This document shows positions 39,486 to 48,833 of a DNA stretch of 64,000 nt, in pieces; within the stretch, counting starts at the first letter, position 1, and each line of letters opens with the position of its first letter. A program made the translations under genes and the position numbers. Source of the DNA: an uncultured Gammaproteobacteria bacterium (lineage in GTDB: Bacteria > Patescibacteriota > Patescibacteriia > JACRDY01); NCBI GenBank assembly GCA_964550465.1, contig CAZJZH010000001.1, positions 107 through 64,106 on the forward strand. Direction: 5' to 3'. The notes under the pieces are model-generated. The model searched no databases. It was not told where the DNA came from and saw only the letters and a list, made by a program, of their open reading frames with translations.

Positions 39486-40636
39486 GTAGCGCCATCTACA
39501 AGTTTCGCTGGTGGCTTTTGATAGCCCTACTACTTGCTGGCACTACCATAGCCCTACAGTACGTCGTGTCTTTTTCCAACGACCAAAATATCGCTGTTGC
39601 TCGCGTTCAATCGATCGTAGCAGAGGAAGCACAGCCTGGTATTATAAACGACGCCCAACGAGTTACTCAAACCGTTACCTTAACATTCAACACTGGTCCA
39701 CTAGCTGGTCAACAAGTGACTACTACACACGCCTATGAAACGGCTGGACCATACATTTTTATTGGTCCATTGCAGCAGAACGATTGGGTCGTGACACAAA
39801 TCAACCTCAAAACCCTGACTGGAGAGCCTTTGGTTATTGTGGTCACGCGTCTATTCTTGCTACCACTTATTCCCCTACTAGCATTATTTCTAGGGATTAT
39901 AATTTTGGTTGGACAAAAAAAGGGCTTTTTAACACTGATTAGCCTAGTGATATCAGGCTTACTCTTATTTGGCGCCGTCATACCGCTAGTCACTAAAGCT
40001 GGCTGGAACCCTATCAGCGCCATATTAGTTATCGCCGTCCCAATGACGGTTATTGATGTGTTGGTTGTTGTGGGTTGGAACAAAAAAAGCTTGGCTGCAA
40101 GTATTGGTATGCTAACAGCAGTGTTCATAACCTTTTTACTGTCCACTGGATTTGCCGCTCTAATGAAAGTACCTGGTGAGCTGGCCAACGAAGATGCTTC
40201 CCTATACTATCAAATGCCAGAAATTACCGCCGTGTCTGTTTTTTTGGCTGGGATTTTACTTGGCGCTATTGGCGCTGTTAACGATATCGCTGTATCAATT
40301 GCTGCAGCCGTTCAAGAAGTGAAGTATGTGAAGCCATCTGCAACTATAGAAGAATTGTGGTCCTCCGGCATGCGTGTAGGTAGAGATATTATCGGCACTA
40401 TGACTAATACGCTTATATTCGCTTATGTTGGGACATCACTGGTAGTGTGGCTCAGCTATGGCCAAGGAGATTATTCGCCATTTCTAGCGCTTAACGTTGC
40501 CTCCGTCAGTGAAGAACTACTCCGTTCCCTATCTAGCACTATCGGTCTGGCGGTAGCGGTGCCGGTCACTGCCTGGGCCAGCGCCTATTTGTATACCAAA
40601 AAAAAGATCGCTCCTAAAGAATCCTCCTCCACATGA
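39449..40636 (+). CDS. YibE/F-like polytopic membrane protein (tentative)
   Basis: N-terminal TM, an extracytoplasmic domain of about 110 aa, then about 8 TM helices. Overall architecture is like the YibE/F family. The start is uncertain (37-nt overlap with the upstream gene). Confidence 0.4.
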   Translation: MRERGRSNRDRVSSAIYKFRWWLLIALLLAGTTIALQYVVSFSNDQNIAVARVQSIVAEEAQPGIINDAQRVTQTVTLTFNTGPLAGQQVTTTHAYETAGPYIFIGPLQQNDWVVTQINLKTLTGEPLVIVVTRLFLLPLIPLLALFLGIIILVGQKKGFLTLISLVISGLLLFGAVIPLVTKAGWNPISAILVIAVPMTVIDVLVVVGWNKKSLAASIGMLTAVFITFLLSTGFAALMKVPGELANEDASLYYQMPEITAVSVFLAGILLGAIGAVNDIAVSIAAAVQEVKYVKPSATIEELWSSGMRVGRDIIGTMTNTLIFAYVGTSLVVWLSYGQGDYSPFLALNVASVSEELLRSLSSTIGLAVAVPVTAWASAYLYTKKKIAPKESSST

Positions 40637-41979
40637 ACCGCTTACCTTTATTAATCTGTGGCAGCATTATTAGCATCATGTTGCTCATACCCACCCTGCC
40701 AGCTGCTGCCCAGGAAGGTGAGATGTGCTGTGCCTGTACCAGTTCAGTCGATGGCCGCTCGGCAGAGTTTTACCATGACCCATACGAAGACGCTGACTCA
40801 TCTGATGAAGACCCTTGCGCTCGCTTTGAAACTGACGACGCATCAACTGAAGATGGTTTCAATATTGCTTGCGAACTACTCAATGAAGCCTGCCCAACAG
40901 CTGGTGGTGGTGACATTGACGTGGTACCACCAACAGCCCAAGTTGACATTCCCGGTTTCAACGGCTTTACCGATGAATTAGAAATTTACGGCAGTGACAC
41001 GGAACGGTTTTACACCGTGCCCTGGTTAGCTGAGTATACCCGAGCTATTTATCAGTTCGGCGTCGGTGTAGCAGTAGCCCTGGCTATTATCGTCATTATC
41101 GTTGCCGGCTTTACTTGGATGACGGCCGGCGGCAACGCTGACGCAGTCGGTCGGGCTAAAACAACTATTGTCGGAGCGGTCACTGGGCTGATTTTAGCGG
41201 TGGGCAGCTACTCTATTCTCTTTTTAGTTAACCCAAACATTGTCAACCTGACTCCGGTAGTAGTGCCAGCAGTCAATAAAACCGAACTCAATATTACCAC
41301 TATTCCGGAAGGGGTCTACACGCAGATCACCGGCAAAGCCCTCATTCGTCCCTTTGGCCCAGAAATGGAAGCGATGATGCGAACCGTAGCTGAAAAAAAT
41401 GACCATATTGATTTTTGTACGCTGCAGGCAATTTTACAGAAAGAATCCGGTGGAAATGCTAACGCCGTCGGGCATGACGAAGATGCGCCGGTGTCTGGTG
41501 TCTCCGCTCGGACAAATTTTATTAGCTCTGGCAAATACCACTCCGGCCGGAATTTTACCCCCAACGCTACCCTCAAAACTGATAGAAGCTTTGTTAATGA
41601 TGACAAAACCTGCACCACACAACTAAGTGTCAGCGAAGGTGGCTGTTCTGACCCTGACACTTTAAACCTCGACTGGCGCTATTCACACGGCATTGGCCTG
41701 GGGCAAATCACCATTTTCCCTGGCCGTTTCTGCAGTAGTAAGCCCAGTATTCAAATTGGTAGCACCTGTTATACCGTACCAATGCTACTTGATCCAGAAC
41801 AGCAGTTCCAAGCCGTGGCCGATCTATGGAAAACAAAGTGCTCTGGCGAAACCGTCAAAAAATGCTTTAAAAATTATGCCGGTAGTGGCAGCTGGGCTGA
41901 AGCTACCGCTACTCAAAAAATGGCCGTCTACCAGAAATGTGTCGGTGATGGTTTAAATAAAACGACAAACAGTGAATAA
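40633..41979 (+). CDS. secreted pilin-like two-helix protein fused to SLT-type lytic transglycosylase domain (paralog 3)
   Basis: Signal peptide and a Cys/Asp-rich N-terminal segment. Conserved core FYTVPWLAEYTRAIYQFGVGVAVALAIIVIIVAGFTWMTAGGNADAVGRAKTTIVGAVTG.... The C-terminal region carries the SLT motifs LQAILQKESGGN and HGIGLGQI. Confidence 0.5.
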   Translation: MNRLPLLICGSIISIMLLIPTLPAAAQEGEMCCACTSSVDGRSAEFYHDPYEDADSSDEDPCARFETDDASTEDGFNIACELLNEACPTAGGGDIDVVPPTAQVDIPGFNGFTDELEIYGSDTERFYTVPWLAEYTRAIYQFGVGVAVALAIIVIIVAGFTWMTAGGNADAVGRAKTTIVGAVTGLILAVGSYSILFLVNPNIVNLTPVVVPAVNKTELNITTIPEGVYTQITGKALIRPFGPEMEAMMRTVAEKNDHIDFCTLQAILQKESGGNANAVGHDEDAPVSGVSARTNFISSGKYHSGRNFTPNATLKTDRSFVNDDKTCTTQLSVSEGGCSDPDTLNLDWRYSHGIGLGQITIFPGRFCSSKPSIQIGSTCYTVPMLLDPEQQFQAVADLWKTKCSGETVKKCFKNYAGSGSWAEATATQKMAVYQKCVGDGLNKTTNSE

Positions 41980-42561
41980 ATGCGCCTACTCCCCGCCTCA
42001 TTTTTCGCCCAACCCACCCGCCGAGTAGCTCGTCAGCTGCTCGGCTGTGTCTTGTTTCACCGCCAGGCTGACCAGCTCTACAGCGGCATTATCACAGAAA
42101 CAGAAGCCTACTGCGGGCCGCATGACACCGCCTCACACGCCAGTCGTGGTCGCACCCGACGGACCGAAGTGATGTTTGGTCCGCCGGGCCACACCTATGT
42201 CTACCTGATTTATGGTATGTACCACTGCCTCAATGTAGTGACAGAAAAAACCGACTACCCTGCGGCTGTATTAATCCGAGGCATCCAGGCGTTTGAACCT
42301 ATTGCCGCCACGCAACGGTGGCAGTATGACCAAGCCACTCCTCTGCCACCCAAGCTGGCTAACGGCCCCGGCAAGCTGTGCCGCTATATGGATATCACCA
42401 CACAGCACAACAACCAGCTGCTAAGCAAAGCTAATGGCCTATGGATTGCTAACGCGCACATCAAGCCAAAAATGATTACCACTGCGCCACGAGTGGGTAT
42501 TGATTACGCCGGAGCGTATACGGATAAGCCGTGGCGCTATATCGCGACGGATTTTAAGTAA
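41980..42561 (+). CDS. mpg: DNA-3-methyladenine glycosylase (AAG/Mpg family)
   Basis: FF...ARQLLG..L...GIITETEAY...D.ASHA.RG.T.R...MFGPPGH.YVY..YGMYH.LNVV matches the Mpg family. Confidence 0.8.
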   Translation: MRLLPASFFAQPTRRVARQLLGCVLFHRQADQLYSGIITETEAYCGPHDTASHASRGRTRRTEVMFGPPGHTYVYLIYGMYHCLNVVTEKTDYPAAVLIRGIQAFEPIAATQRWQYDQATPLPPKLANGPGKLCRYMDITTQHNNQLLSKANGLWIANAHIKPKMITTAPRVGIDYAGAYTDKPWRYIATDFK

Positions 42562-42739
42562 TAGAAAAGCCGCCCCCTGTCGGGAGGGGACGGCTGTGGG
42601 TGTCGTGCCTAATGTACAACGATTCCAAGCTATGAGTAGCTGAGGTGGGAGAATCATTGTCAACACGACCGGGACTTCGTGTGTGCCGCGTACTCAGGTA
42701 TGCACATTTGACATACCTCAATACATTTAAATAGGCAAA

Positions 42740-43210
42740 TTATGCCAATGTCGGCATCGGCCGCTGTTGTACCGCCAAGAACTGCGCTCGCGTCATCGGT
42801 TGGCGCTGATCAGCAACTCGACAATGTTGCTCCATGAACCGCTGCAACGCCTGCGGCCCTTTCCGCAAAACATCTGCGGGGATTTTTTTGCCCGTTGGCG
42901 TCTTGAGCTGACTGGCTCGCAGAGTCATCATGCGAGGCGATTGGCTGCTGTGTTGGTGTGATGCCACATGCACCAACTCCAACCGGACATGACAATCACC
43001 TTGGCCGTTACATTTGACGTTGATTGGCCTCGCTAGCGTGCCGATATTGTCGATTTGCACACGCAGTGGTGACGGATTGATAAACATGACGATGTCTGCC
43101 CCTACCGCATTCGGATTCGCTGCCATTTTGTGGCTACCTGTACCTTTCACTGTGTTGGTTAAAGAACTCATGCCCCTATTTTTGTAGATGGCAAACTGAA
43201 CCGTTACCAT
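42740..43210 (-). CDS. hypothetical protein
   Basis: The ORF is preceded by a strong SD (gaaggaaGGAGGTatg). The start was set at MVTVQFAIYKNRG. No recognised domain. Confidence 0.4.
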   Translation of the reverse strand: MVTVQFAIYKNRGMSSLTNTVKGTGSHKMAANPNAVGADIVMFINPSPLRVQIDNIGTLARPINVKCNGQGDCHVRLELVHVASHQHSSQSPRMMTLRASQLKTPTGKKIPADVLRKGPQALQRFMEQHCRVADQRQPMTRAQFLAVQQRPMPTLA

Positions 43211-43300
43211 ACCTCCTTCCTTCGTCCGGTCAGTGGTCAACTATCTACACCACAGGTGCATAAGATATATTCTATCACCGCTGCGCCATGATCGTCAATA

Positions 43301-45373
43301 TTACTCTAAATGTATCCCCGCCTGATGACGGCAGCGTTGTTGGAGCGCTAAGTGATTATCTAAATTTGGGTCTTTTTTGAGGATCTTTTGAGCCCACTGA
43401 GCGGCTCGCTTGATATTTTGCACATCAAACAAATTAGCTGCGACAAATGATGGTACACCGCTCTGAGCTGTGCCAAACACCTCACCGGGTCCACGGAGTG
43501 ACAGATCTTTTTCAGCTAGAGCAAAGCCATCTGTACTCTCAACCAGTGCCAACAGCCGGTCAATGCTGGTCTGTGTATCTGTTTCTGTCAGCAGGTAACA
43601 GTAACCGGGGTGCTGTCCCCGCCCGACTCGGCCCCGGAACTGGTGCAACTGCGCTAAACCAAACCGCTCCGCACTTTCGATCATCATGATGGTAGCATTA
43701 GGCACATTAACCCCCACCTCAATCACCGACGTACTGACCAATATATCAACCTGTCCTGTTACAAATGATTCCATCACTGCTTCCTTATCCACCTGCTTCA
43801 TCCGGCCATGCAACAATGCTACGCGCGCCTGGGGGAAAATATTTTGCTGTACATCATCATATACCTCAGTAGCTGAACGAGCGCTGAGGGACTGTGAGCC
43901 CTCAATTAACGGACAGACCACAAAGACTTGCCGGCCATCAGCAATCTGCTGCTTGATGTGCTGATAACAGGCCGCTCGCTGCTCAGGCAGCACTAAGCTG
44001 GTCTGGACTGGCTGGCGACCGGGTGGCAGTTGATTGATAACAGACAGGTCCAAATCTCCGTACAGCGTCAGCGCCAGTGAACGCGGGATAGGTGTGGCAG
44101 TCATAGACAGAAAGTGCGGAATGGTCGCTTGATCACCGGAGTTTTGCTGTAAGGCTTGGCGCTGAGCCACACCGAAACGGTGCTGCTCATCGACAATAGC
44201 TAGCACCAAATTTTTGAAAGTCACTTTTTCTTGAATCAAAGCATGGGTGCCAATGGCTACATCAATCCGCCCTGCTGCTAATTGTTTCACCGCTACGGCC
44301 GGCTTAACTATTTCATCATCAACCAGCACCTGCTTACCGGTCAGCAGCGCTATCCGCACACCATGAGAAGCTAATAAATCTACAAAGGTAGTGTAGTGCT
44401 GCTTAGCTAAAATATCTGTCGGTACCATCAGGGCTACTTGATGGCCGGTAGTGACTGTATTGAGTACGGCTAGTGCGGCCACCAAGGTCTTGCCACTGCC
44501 AACATCCCCTTCCAGCAGCCGATTCATCGGCTGGGCTTGCTCTAGGTCTTTTAAAATATCCCAGGCACTCTGACGCTGCGCATCGGTCAATCTAAACGGC
44601 AGTGCGGCGACAAACTGTTTAATAATCTTTTCTTGAAATGGCACGGCAATGGCCTGTTGCGCGGCCAGCTGCTGTCGCGCTTGTTGATTGCGCACCTGGA
44701 CTACCAGGAAAGCTTCAAACCGAAAGCGTTGTCGAGCCAAGTCGAGCTGCTCGGTATCTGCGGGAAAGTGGACTGTTTCCAGTGCTTCAGCAATAACCGG
44801 AAAGCTATATGCCTGCAGCGCAGCCGGTGGAATGATATCCGCTGCGGTAGCGGCGGCTGGCAACGCCTGCTTGATCAAAAATCGCAACTGCTTGGTGGTC
44901 AGACCTTTGGTAGTAGCGTAAATAGGAATCAATCGGCCGGTATGGGTCGATCCGGTAACCGCAGTGCTAGCGGTTACTTTTTCGTAATTGGGACTAGCCA
45001 TAGTCAGCCGCTGCTTACCACTGACCTTACCCGCTACCATCAGCTCATCACCGGGCTGGATGACTTTGGCAATATGGACTTGGTTAAACCACAACAATCG
45101 AATCTGACCGGTGTCATCTGACAACAACACCTCAATCATCCGGACGCGGCGGCCCCATGGTCGCATGGTCCGCACACTGTCTACCACTCCCCTGACAGTC
45201 ACCGTTTGTCCCGGCTGTAATTGATCAATCGTCACCTGCTGGGAAAAATCATCATAGCGAAAGGGAAAGTGATATAACAAATCACCAATGGTGTTGATAC
45301 CTAGGCGCTGCAGTTGCGGGGTTAATTTTTTGGCCATGGCATGGACCTGGCTGACCGGTTGATCAATCCGCAT
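43301..45373 (-). CDS. recG: ATP-dependent DNA helicase RecG
   Basis: 690 aa. Wedge/OB N-terminal domain and helicase motifs (GDVGSGKT, DEQHRFG, a TATPIPR-like motif). An alternative start is MAKKL at 45337. Confidence 0.9.
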   Translation of the reverse strand: MRIDQPVSQVHAMAKKLTPQLQRLGINTIGDLLYHFPFRYDDFSQQVTIDQLQPGQTVTVRGVVDSVRTMRPWGRRVRMIEVLLSDDTGQIRLLWFNQVHIAKVIQPGDELMVAGKVSGKQRLTMASPNYEKVTASTAVTGSTHTGRLIPIYATTKGLTTKQLRFLIKQALPAAATAADIIPPAALQAYSFPVIAEALETVHFPADTEQLDLARQRFRFEAFLVVQVRNQQARQQLAAQQAIAVPFQEKIIKQFVAALPFRLTDAQRQSAWDILKDLEQAQPMNRLLEGDVGSGKTLVAALAVLNTVTTGHQVALMVPTDILAKQHYTTFVDLLASHGVRIALLTGKQVLVDDEIVKPAVAVKQLAAGRIDVAIGTHALIQEKVTFKNLVLAIVDEQHRFGVAQRQALQQNSGDQATIPHFLSMTATPIPRSLALTLYGDLDLSVINQLPPGRQPVQTSLVLPEQRAACYQHIKQQIADGRQVFVVCPLIEGSQSLSARSATEVYDDVQQNIFPQARVALLHGRMKQVDKEAVMESFVTGQVDILVSTSVIEVGVNVPNATIMMIESAERFGLAQLHQFRGRVGRGQHPGYCYLLTETDTQTSIDRLLALVESTDGFALAEKDLSLRGPGEVFGTAQSGVPSFVAANLFDVQNIKRAAQWAQKILKKDPNLDNHLALQQRCRHQAGIHLE

Positions 45374-45427
45374 GATGACTTGCTACAAATAACACCAGGC
45401 ACCAACTGGTGACTGAGAAACAAAAAA

Positions 45428-45500
45428 CGCGCTTGGCAGGACTCGAACCTGCAACCCCCACCTCCGCAAGGTGATGCTCTATCCATTGAGCTACAAGCGC
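45428..45500 (-). tRNA. tRNA-Arg (anticodon read as GCG; possibly ACG/CCG-type after checking)
   Basis: The minus strand folds as a cloverleaf: GCGCTTG-TA-GCTCAATGGATAGAGC-A-TCACC-TTGCGGA-GGTGG-GGGTT-GCAGG-TTCGAGT-CCTGC-CAAGCGC-G. CCA is not encoded. Confidence 0.75.
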
Positions 45501-45546
45501 ATGATTGCGCTTGGTACAGTACCACAGCCGCTGGAGATTGTCTAGG

Positions 45547-46026
45547 CTAGATCTTAAACACCCGCTCAAGCACGCTGGACAGTGGCTCATCCGTTTTGTC
45601 CAAATCTTCATCAAGGTAATCAAGCAAGATACTGCGGATAGCTATCGGGTCCTGATCAGCTAAGTCAATTTTCAATCGAGCGTGCAGTATACCCCCAGTA
45701 TGGACATACAAATCAGTTACCTCTGGTGGTTCGTAGATAATATAAAAATCCCGCAACTCGTCCCAGTCATAAAACTTATCCGCTAACCGTAGGCCGTTCT
45801 CATAGAAGGCGACAGCAATCATCTCTGGCTGTTCATGGCGGCGTAAATAAAACACCACCCCAGCCAGTAGGATAATGACCGCAAAGAGAAAGTTAGCCGT
45901 AAACAAGGCGTACAGCAAAAACAGCACCGCGGCCGCCATAGCAACCGTATACCAAAACTGTCCTCGGTCTTCTCGCGTAAACTCAGGAAATTGCCATTCG
46001 GCTAATTTTTCACCATATTGAGCCAT
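45547..46026 (-). CDS. membrane protein (hypothetical)
   Basis: 159 aa with two TM helices near the N-terminus and an acidic C-terminus. Confidence 0.45.
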   Translation of the reverse strand: MAQYGEKLAEWQFPEFTREDRGQFWYTVAMAAAVLFLLYALFTANFLFAVIILLAGVVFYLRRHEQPEMIAVAFYENGLRLADKFYDWDELRDFYIIYEPPEVTDLYVHTGGILHARLKIDLADQDPIAIRSILLDYLDEDLDKTDEPLSSVLERVFKI

Positions 46027-46117
46027 ATACTCGTGTTATTTCTAGGCAGTATATATTGATTGACAGCCTATTCTTACCATAGTATACTACAATCCGATTT
46101 GTTCGTCCAAACTGAAT

Positions 46118-46204
46118 GGAGAGGTGGCTGCCCGCGACATGACTGGCGGAGCCAGTCTGTGCGGGTCCGACCACTGCGCCGCAGGCGCAGATGGGCGGAA
46201 GTGG
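46118..46204 (+). repeat. ~87-nt repeat, copy A (shares first 13 nt with tRNA-Ser 5' end)
   Basis: ggagaggtggctgcccgcgacatgactggcggagccagtctgtgcgggtccgaccactgcgccgcaggcgcagatgggcggaagtgg. It contains two perfect 7-bp hairpins (gactggc/gccagtc and ctgcgcc/ggcgcag). Confidence 0.5.
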
Positions 46205-46226
46205 TACTATACAAAATAACAACTAC

Positions 46227-46316
<90 letters not shown>

Positions 46317-46440
46317 AATTTGCTCATAAGCAAATTTGGCAGATTAAGGATTAAGATTTAGGATTAAGGGTATGTATTTGTCTTGAGTAAAAGCAAATCT
46401 CCTTAATACTCAACCTTAATCCTACGTCTGATAACAATAC

Positions 46441-46527
46441 GGAGAGGTAGCTGCCCGCGACATGACTGGCGGAGCCAGTCTGTGCGGGTCCGACCACTGC
46501 GCCGCAGGCGCAGATGGGCGGAAGTGG
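46441..46527 (+). repeat. ~87-nt repeat, copy B (1 mismatch to copy A)
   Basis: ggagaggtagctgcccgcgac...gggcggaagtgg. Direct repeat of copy A, 323 bp downstream of it. Confidence 0.5.
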
Positions 46528-46573
46528 AAAAGCACATTAACAATTACGACTATTTTCTTTTTTGCTTAACTAG

Positions 46574-46849
46574 TTGCTATACAGTACATCCACTATGTAC
46601 TATGTATACATCCTAAAAAGTAAGCGGAACGGGAAATTCTACATTGGGCTAACTTGCAATCTACCTCGACGAGTATGGCAACACAATAACGCTCATACCA
46701 AATCAACACTACACGGTATTCCTTGGCAAGTTGTGTATTACGAGGCATATTGCGATAAAAATTTAGCAAGTAAAACTGAATCATTTTACAAAACAAGTCA
46801 AGGTAGAAGGCAAATTAAAAAGAAGTTGCGATTACAAAATAACGATTAA
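46574..46849 (+). CDS. GIY-YIG nuclease superfamily protein (small, YhbQ/UPF0213-like)
   Basis: YVYILKSKRNGKFYIGLTCNLPRRVWQHN is the GIY-YIG motif. The gene is AT-rich relative to the window and its stop codon abuts tRNA-Ser(GCT). Confidence 0.55.
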   Translation: MLYSTSTMYYVYILKSKRNGKFYIGLTCNLPRRVWQHNNAHTKSTLHGIPWQVVYYEAYCDKNLASKTESFYKTSQGRRQIKKKLRLQNND

Positions 46850-46943
46850 GGAGAGGTGGCTGAGTGGTTGAAAGCGGCGGATTGCTAATCCGTTATAGGG
46901 GTATATGCTCCTATCGAGGGTTCGAATCCCTCCCTCTCCGCCA
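46850..46943 (+). tRNA. tRNA-Ser (GCT)
   Basis: GGAGAGGTGGCTGAGTGGTTGAAAGCGGCGGATTGCTAATCCG...GAGGGTTCGAATCCCTCCCTCTCCGCCA. Long variable arm. Anticodon loop tTGCTaa. CCA is encoded. Confidence 0.85.
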
Positions 46944-46969
46944 GTTCATCTCCGCGATGCGGAGTGAAC

Positions 46970-47013
46970 TGGTCCGACCACTGCGCCACAGGCGCAGATG
47001 GGCGGAATGTGTA
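46970..47013 (+). repeat. partial third copy of the ~87-nt repeat (3' half)
   Basis: ctggtccgaccactgcgccacaggcgcagatgggcggaatgtg matches the 3' half of copies A and B with a few mismatches. It lies directly after tRNA-Ser(GCT). Confidence 0.4.
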
Positions 47014-47121
47014 GAAACTTTTGTTGCTATTAATAATCTACTGACTACGTACAGGCGAACTTCTGTATGTGGCGAAGGGATTCGAAGGGCAGCAGCGATA
47101 TTCTTTTTTCTATATTACAAT

Positions 47122-47155
47122 AAAAAACAGCTCGCCTGAGCGAGCTGTTTTTTTG
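47122..47155. terminator. Rho-independent terminator (bidirectional)
   Basis: aaaaaacagctcgc ctga gcgagctgttttttt: an 8-bp perfect stem. Confidence 0.6.
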
Positions 47156-47177
47156 TTTGTGAGAGGCTGCGTACTCA

Positions 47178-47408
47178 TCATTCACCATCAATCAGTGGAT
47201 ACTGTTGTACTGCTGATCGCCGCTTAGCTGAGTCGGAGAATTCCCCCTTCATCGCCTTTGTAACCCGCTGCCGCTCTGTCACAGTACGGTTCGCATCAAC
47301 CGTGAACCAGGTGAAACAGTCTGGATTATCGCACACCACCAGAGTACCAGCACTCGTACCCGCAGCCGCTTGGCGTAGAGCACCTGTTTGACACTTTGTA
47401 CACTGCAT
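47178..47408 (-). CDS. small zinc-ribbon-like protein (hypothetical)
   Basis: 76 aa. CTKCQ...CDNPDC Cys pairs. A strong SD (AGGAGGAaagaATG) precedes the ORF. Confidence 0.45.
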   Translation of the reverse strand: MQCTKCQTGALRQAAAGTSAGTLVVCDNPDCFTWFTVDANRTVTERQRVTKAMKGEFSDSAKRRSAVQQYPLIDGE

Positions 47409-47481
47409 TCTTTCCTCCTAACTAAGGTGATATATCCCTATTTAGACAAAAGACACGTCTGTTGTCAATACCTTTATCTAT

Positions 47482-47514
47482 ACATGAATCATACGGTAAC
47501 TAAAAACGATTCGC
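47482..47514. terminator. Rho-independent terminator (bidirectional) downstream of sodA
   Basis: aaaaacgattcgccgcggcgaatcgttttttt: a 10-bp perfect palindromic stem. Confidence 0.6.
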
Positions 47515-47541
47515 CGCGGCGAATCGTTTTTTTATATTCTC

Positions 47542-48126
47542 TTACGGTAGCAGCGTACAAACTTGCCACCAGGCGTCGATATAATCCGGTCGCTTGTTCT
47601 GATATTTGAGGTAATAGGCATGCTCCCCAAAAACTAAGCCAATGACTGGCTGGTGTACCAGCAAATACGGTGAGTCATGATTGGGGTTAATGTACACAGT
47701 CAGCTGCCCCTGAGCATCCCGCGCCAACCAAGCCCAACCACTGCCAAAGCGACCAGCAGCTGCAGCCACAAATTGTTCTTTAAAGGTATCTACAGAACCA
47801 AAGGTTTTTTTAATCTCTGCTACCAGCTGTTCATCCACCTGCTTGTCTGGCCCCATAATCTGCCAGAAGAAGCTGTGATTGACCGCTCCCCCGCCGTTAT
47901 TACGCAGCGAGGTTTTGTCCGCCTCATCCATCTGCAAGCTATCAAACTGCTGCAACAACTCCTCGACTGACTGCTCAGCCAGATCGGGATATTTTTCTAG
48001 AGTGGCATTAAGTTTGGTGATATAGCCGTTGTGATGCTTAGTATGGTGGATTTCCATGGTCTGAGCATCGATGTGTGGCTCTAGAGCATCGTAAGCGTAT
48101 GGCAGCTGTGGTAGTTCGTAGGGCAT
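47542..48126 (-). CDS. sodA: superoxide dismutase (Fe/Mn family)
   Basis: YELPQLPYAYDALEPHID...HHTKHH...DVWEHAYY-like C-terminal motif (FGEHAYYLKYQN). Confidence 0.9.
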   Translation of the reverse strand: MPYELPQLPYAYDALEPHIDAQTMEIHHTKHHNGYITKLNATLEKYPDLAEQSVEELLQQFDSLQMDEADKTSLRNNGGGAVNHSFFWQIMGPDKQVDEQLVAEIKKTFGSVDTFKEQFVAAAAGRFGSGWAWLARDAQGQLTVYINPNHDSPYLLVHQPVIGLVFGEHAYYLKYQNKRPDYIDAWWQVCTLLP

Positions 48127-48140
48127 AGTATGGGTCATTA

Positions 48141-48833
48141 TTAATTATCATCATCAGCGGTGGCTAAGGCAAATACCTCAACTCGCCGCACACCAGCCGC
48201 TTTGAGCGTAGCAGCAGCAGCGCTGAGAGTAGCGCCAGTGGTAATCACATCATCAACCAACACAACGGTGGCTGGCAATGATGCCCCTGGCACACGAAAA
48301 GCACTCTCCATGTTACGCTGTCTAGCCTGTTCAGTCAAACCAACCTGCGAGCGGGTCCAGCGCTGGCGGACCAACAATCCAGCCTTAACGATCAGCTGCC
48401 GCCTAGCGGCCAGCCAATCAGCGATGACAGCTGCTTGATTAAAGCCTCGCCAGCGTAACCGCCGTCGATGGAGCGGTAATGGCACCACTACCCCATTAAC
48501 CGGTGGTGGCTGGACACAGCTCAGTATAGCCCTGGCTTCACCAGCAAGGTACTGATACTTGACCGCGTGCCACAGTGTATTAAACAGCGGCTGATGGTAA
48601 TCAAAAGCCACCCAACAGACATCAACCGCCGCTGGTGGCTCAACCTGCCGGGCTGGTACCCTACCAATCTGCTTGAGGCAGTCTTCACAACAATACTGCC
48701 CTGCACGACGACAACCAAAGCAGCGGCGCGGAAAAATAAGGTCAATCAAAACTGGCCAGGGTATGTGCATACCTGACCAGTCTATCACTACTATGTAATC
48801 CAATCCTAAATTACAACCAGTAGGCGCCGTCAA
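48141..48833 (-). CDS. comF: ComF family protein (competence; phosphoribosyltransferase-fold)
   Basis: N-terminal Cys4 zinc finger (CFGC...CCEDC) and a PRT motif (VVLVDDVITTGATL). Confidence 0.75.
   Translation of the reverse strand: MTAPTGCNLGLDYIVVIDWSGMHIPWPVLIDLIFPRRCFGCRRAGQYCCEDCLKQIGRVPARQVEPPAAVDVCWVAFDYHQPLFNTLWHAVKYQYLAGEARAILSCVQPPPVNGVVVPLPLHRRRLRWRGFNQAAVIADWLAARRQLIVKAGLLVRQRWTRSQVGLTEQARQRNMESAFRVPGASLPATVVLVDDVITTGATLSAAAATLKAAGVRRVEVFALATADDDN

Noticed and set aside
42562-42600. Terminator after mpg (gccgccccctgtcgggaggggacggc)
   Set aside because: The stem is imperfect and no T-run follows. It is at best a weak hairpin.
45322-45623. Two minus-strand ORFs (67 aa, 86 aa) overlapping tRNA-Arg
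   Set aside because: They are spurious frames across a tRNA gene and the recG start region.
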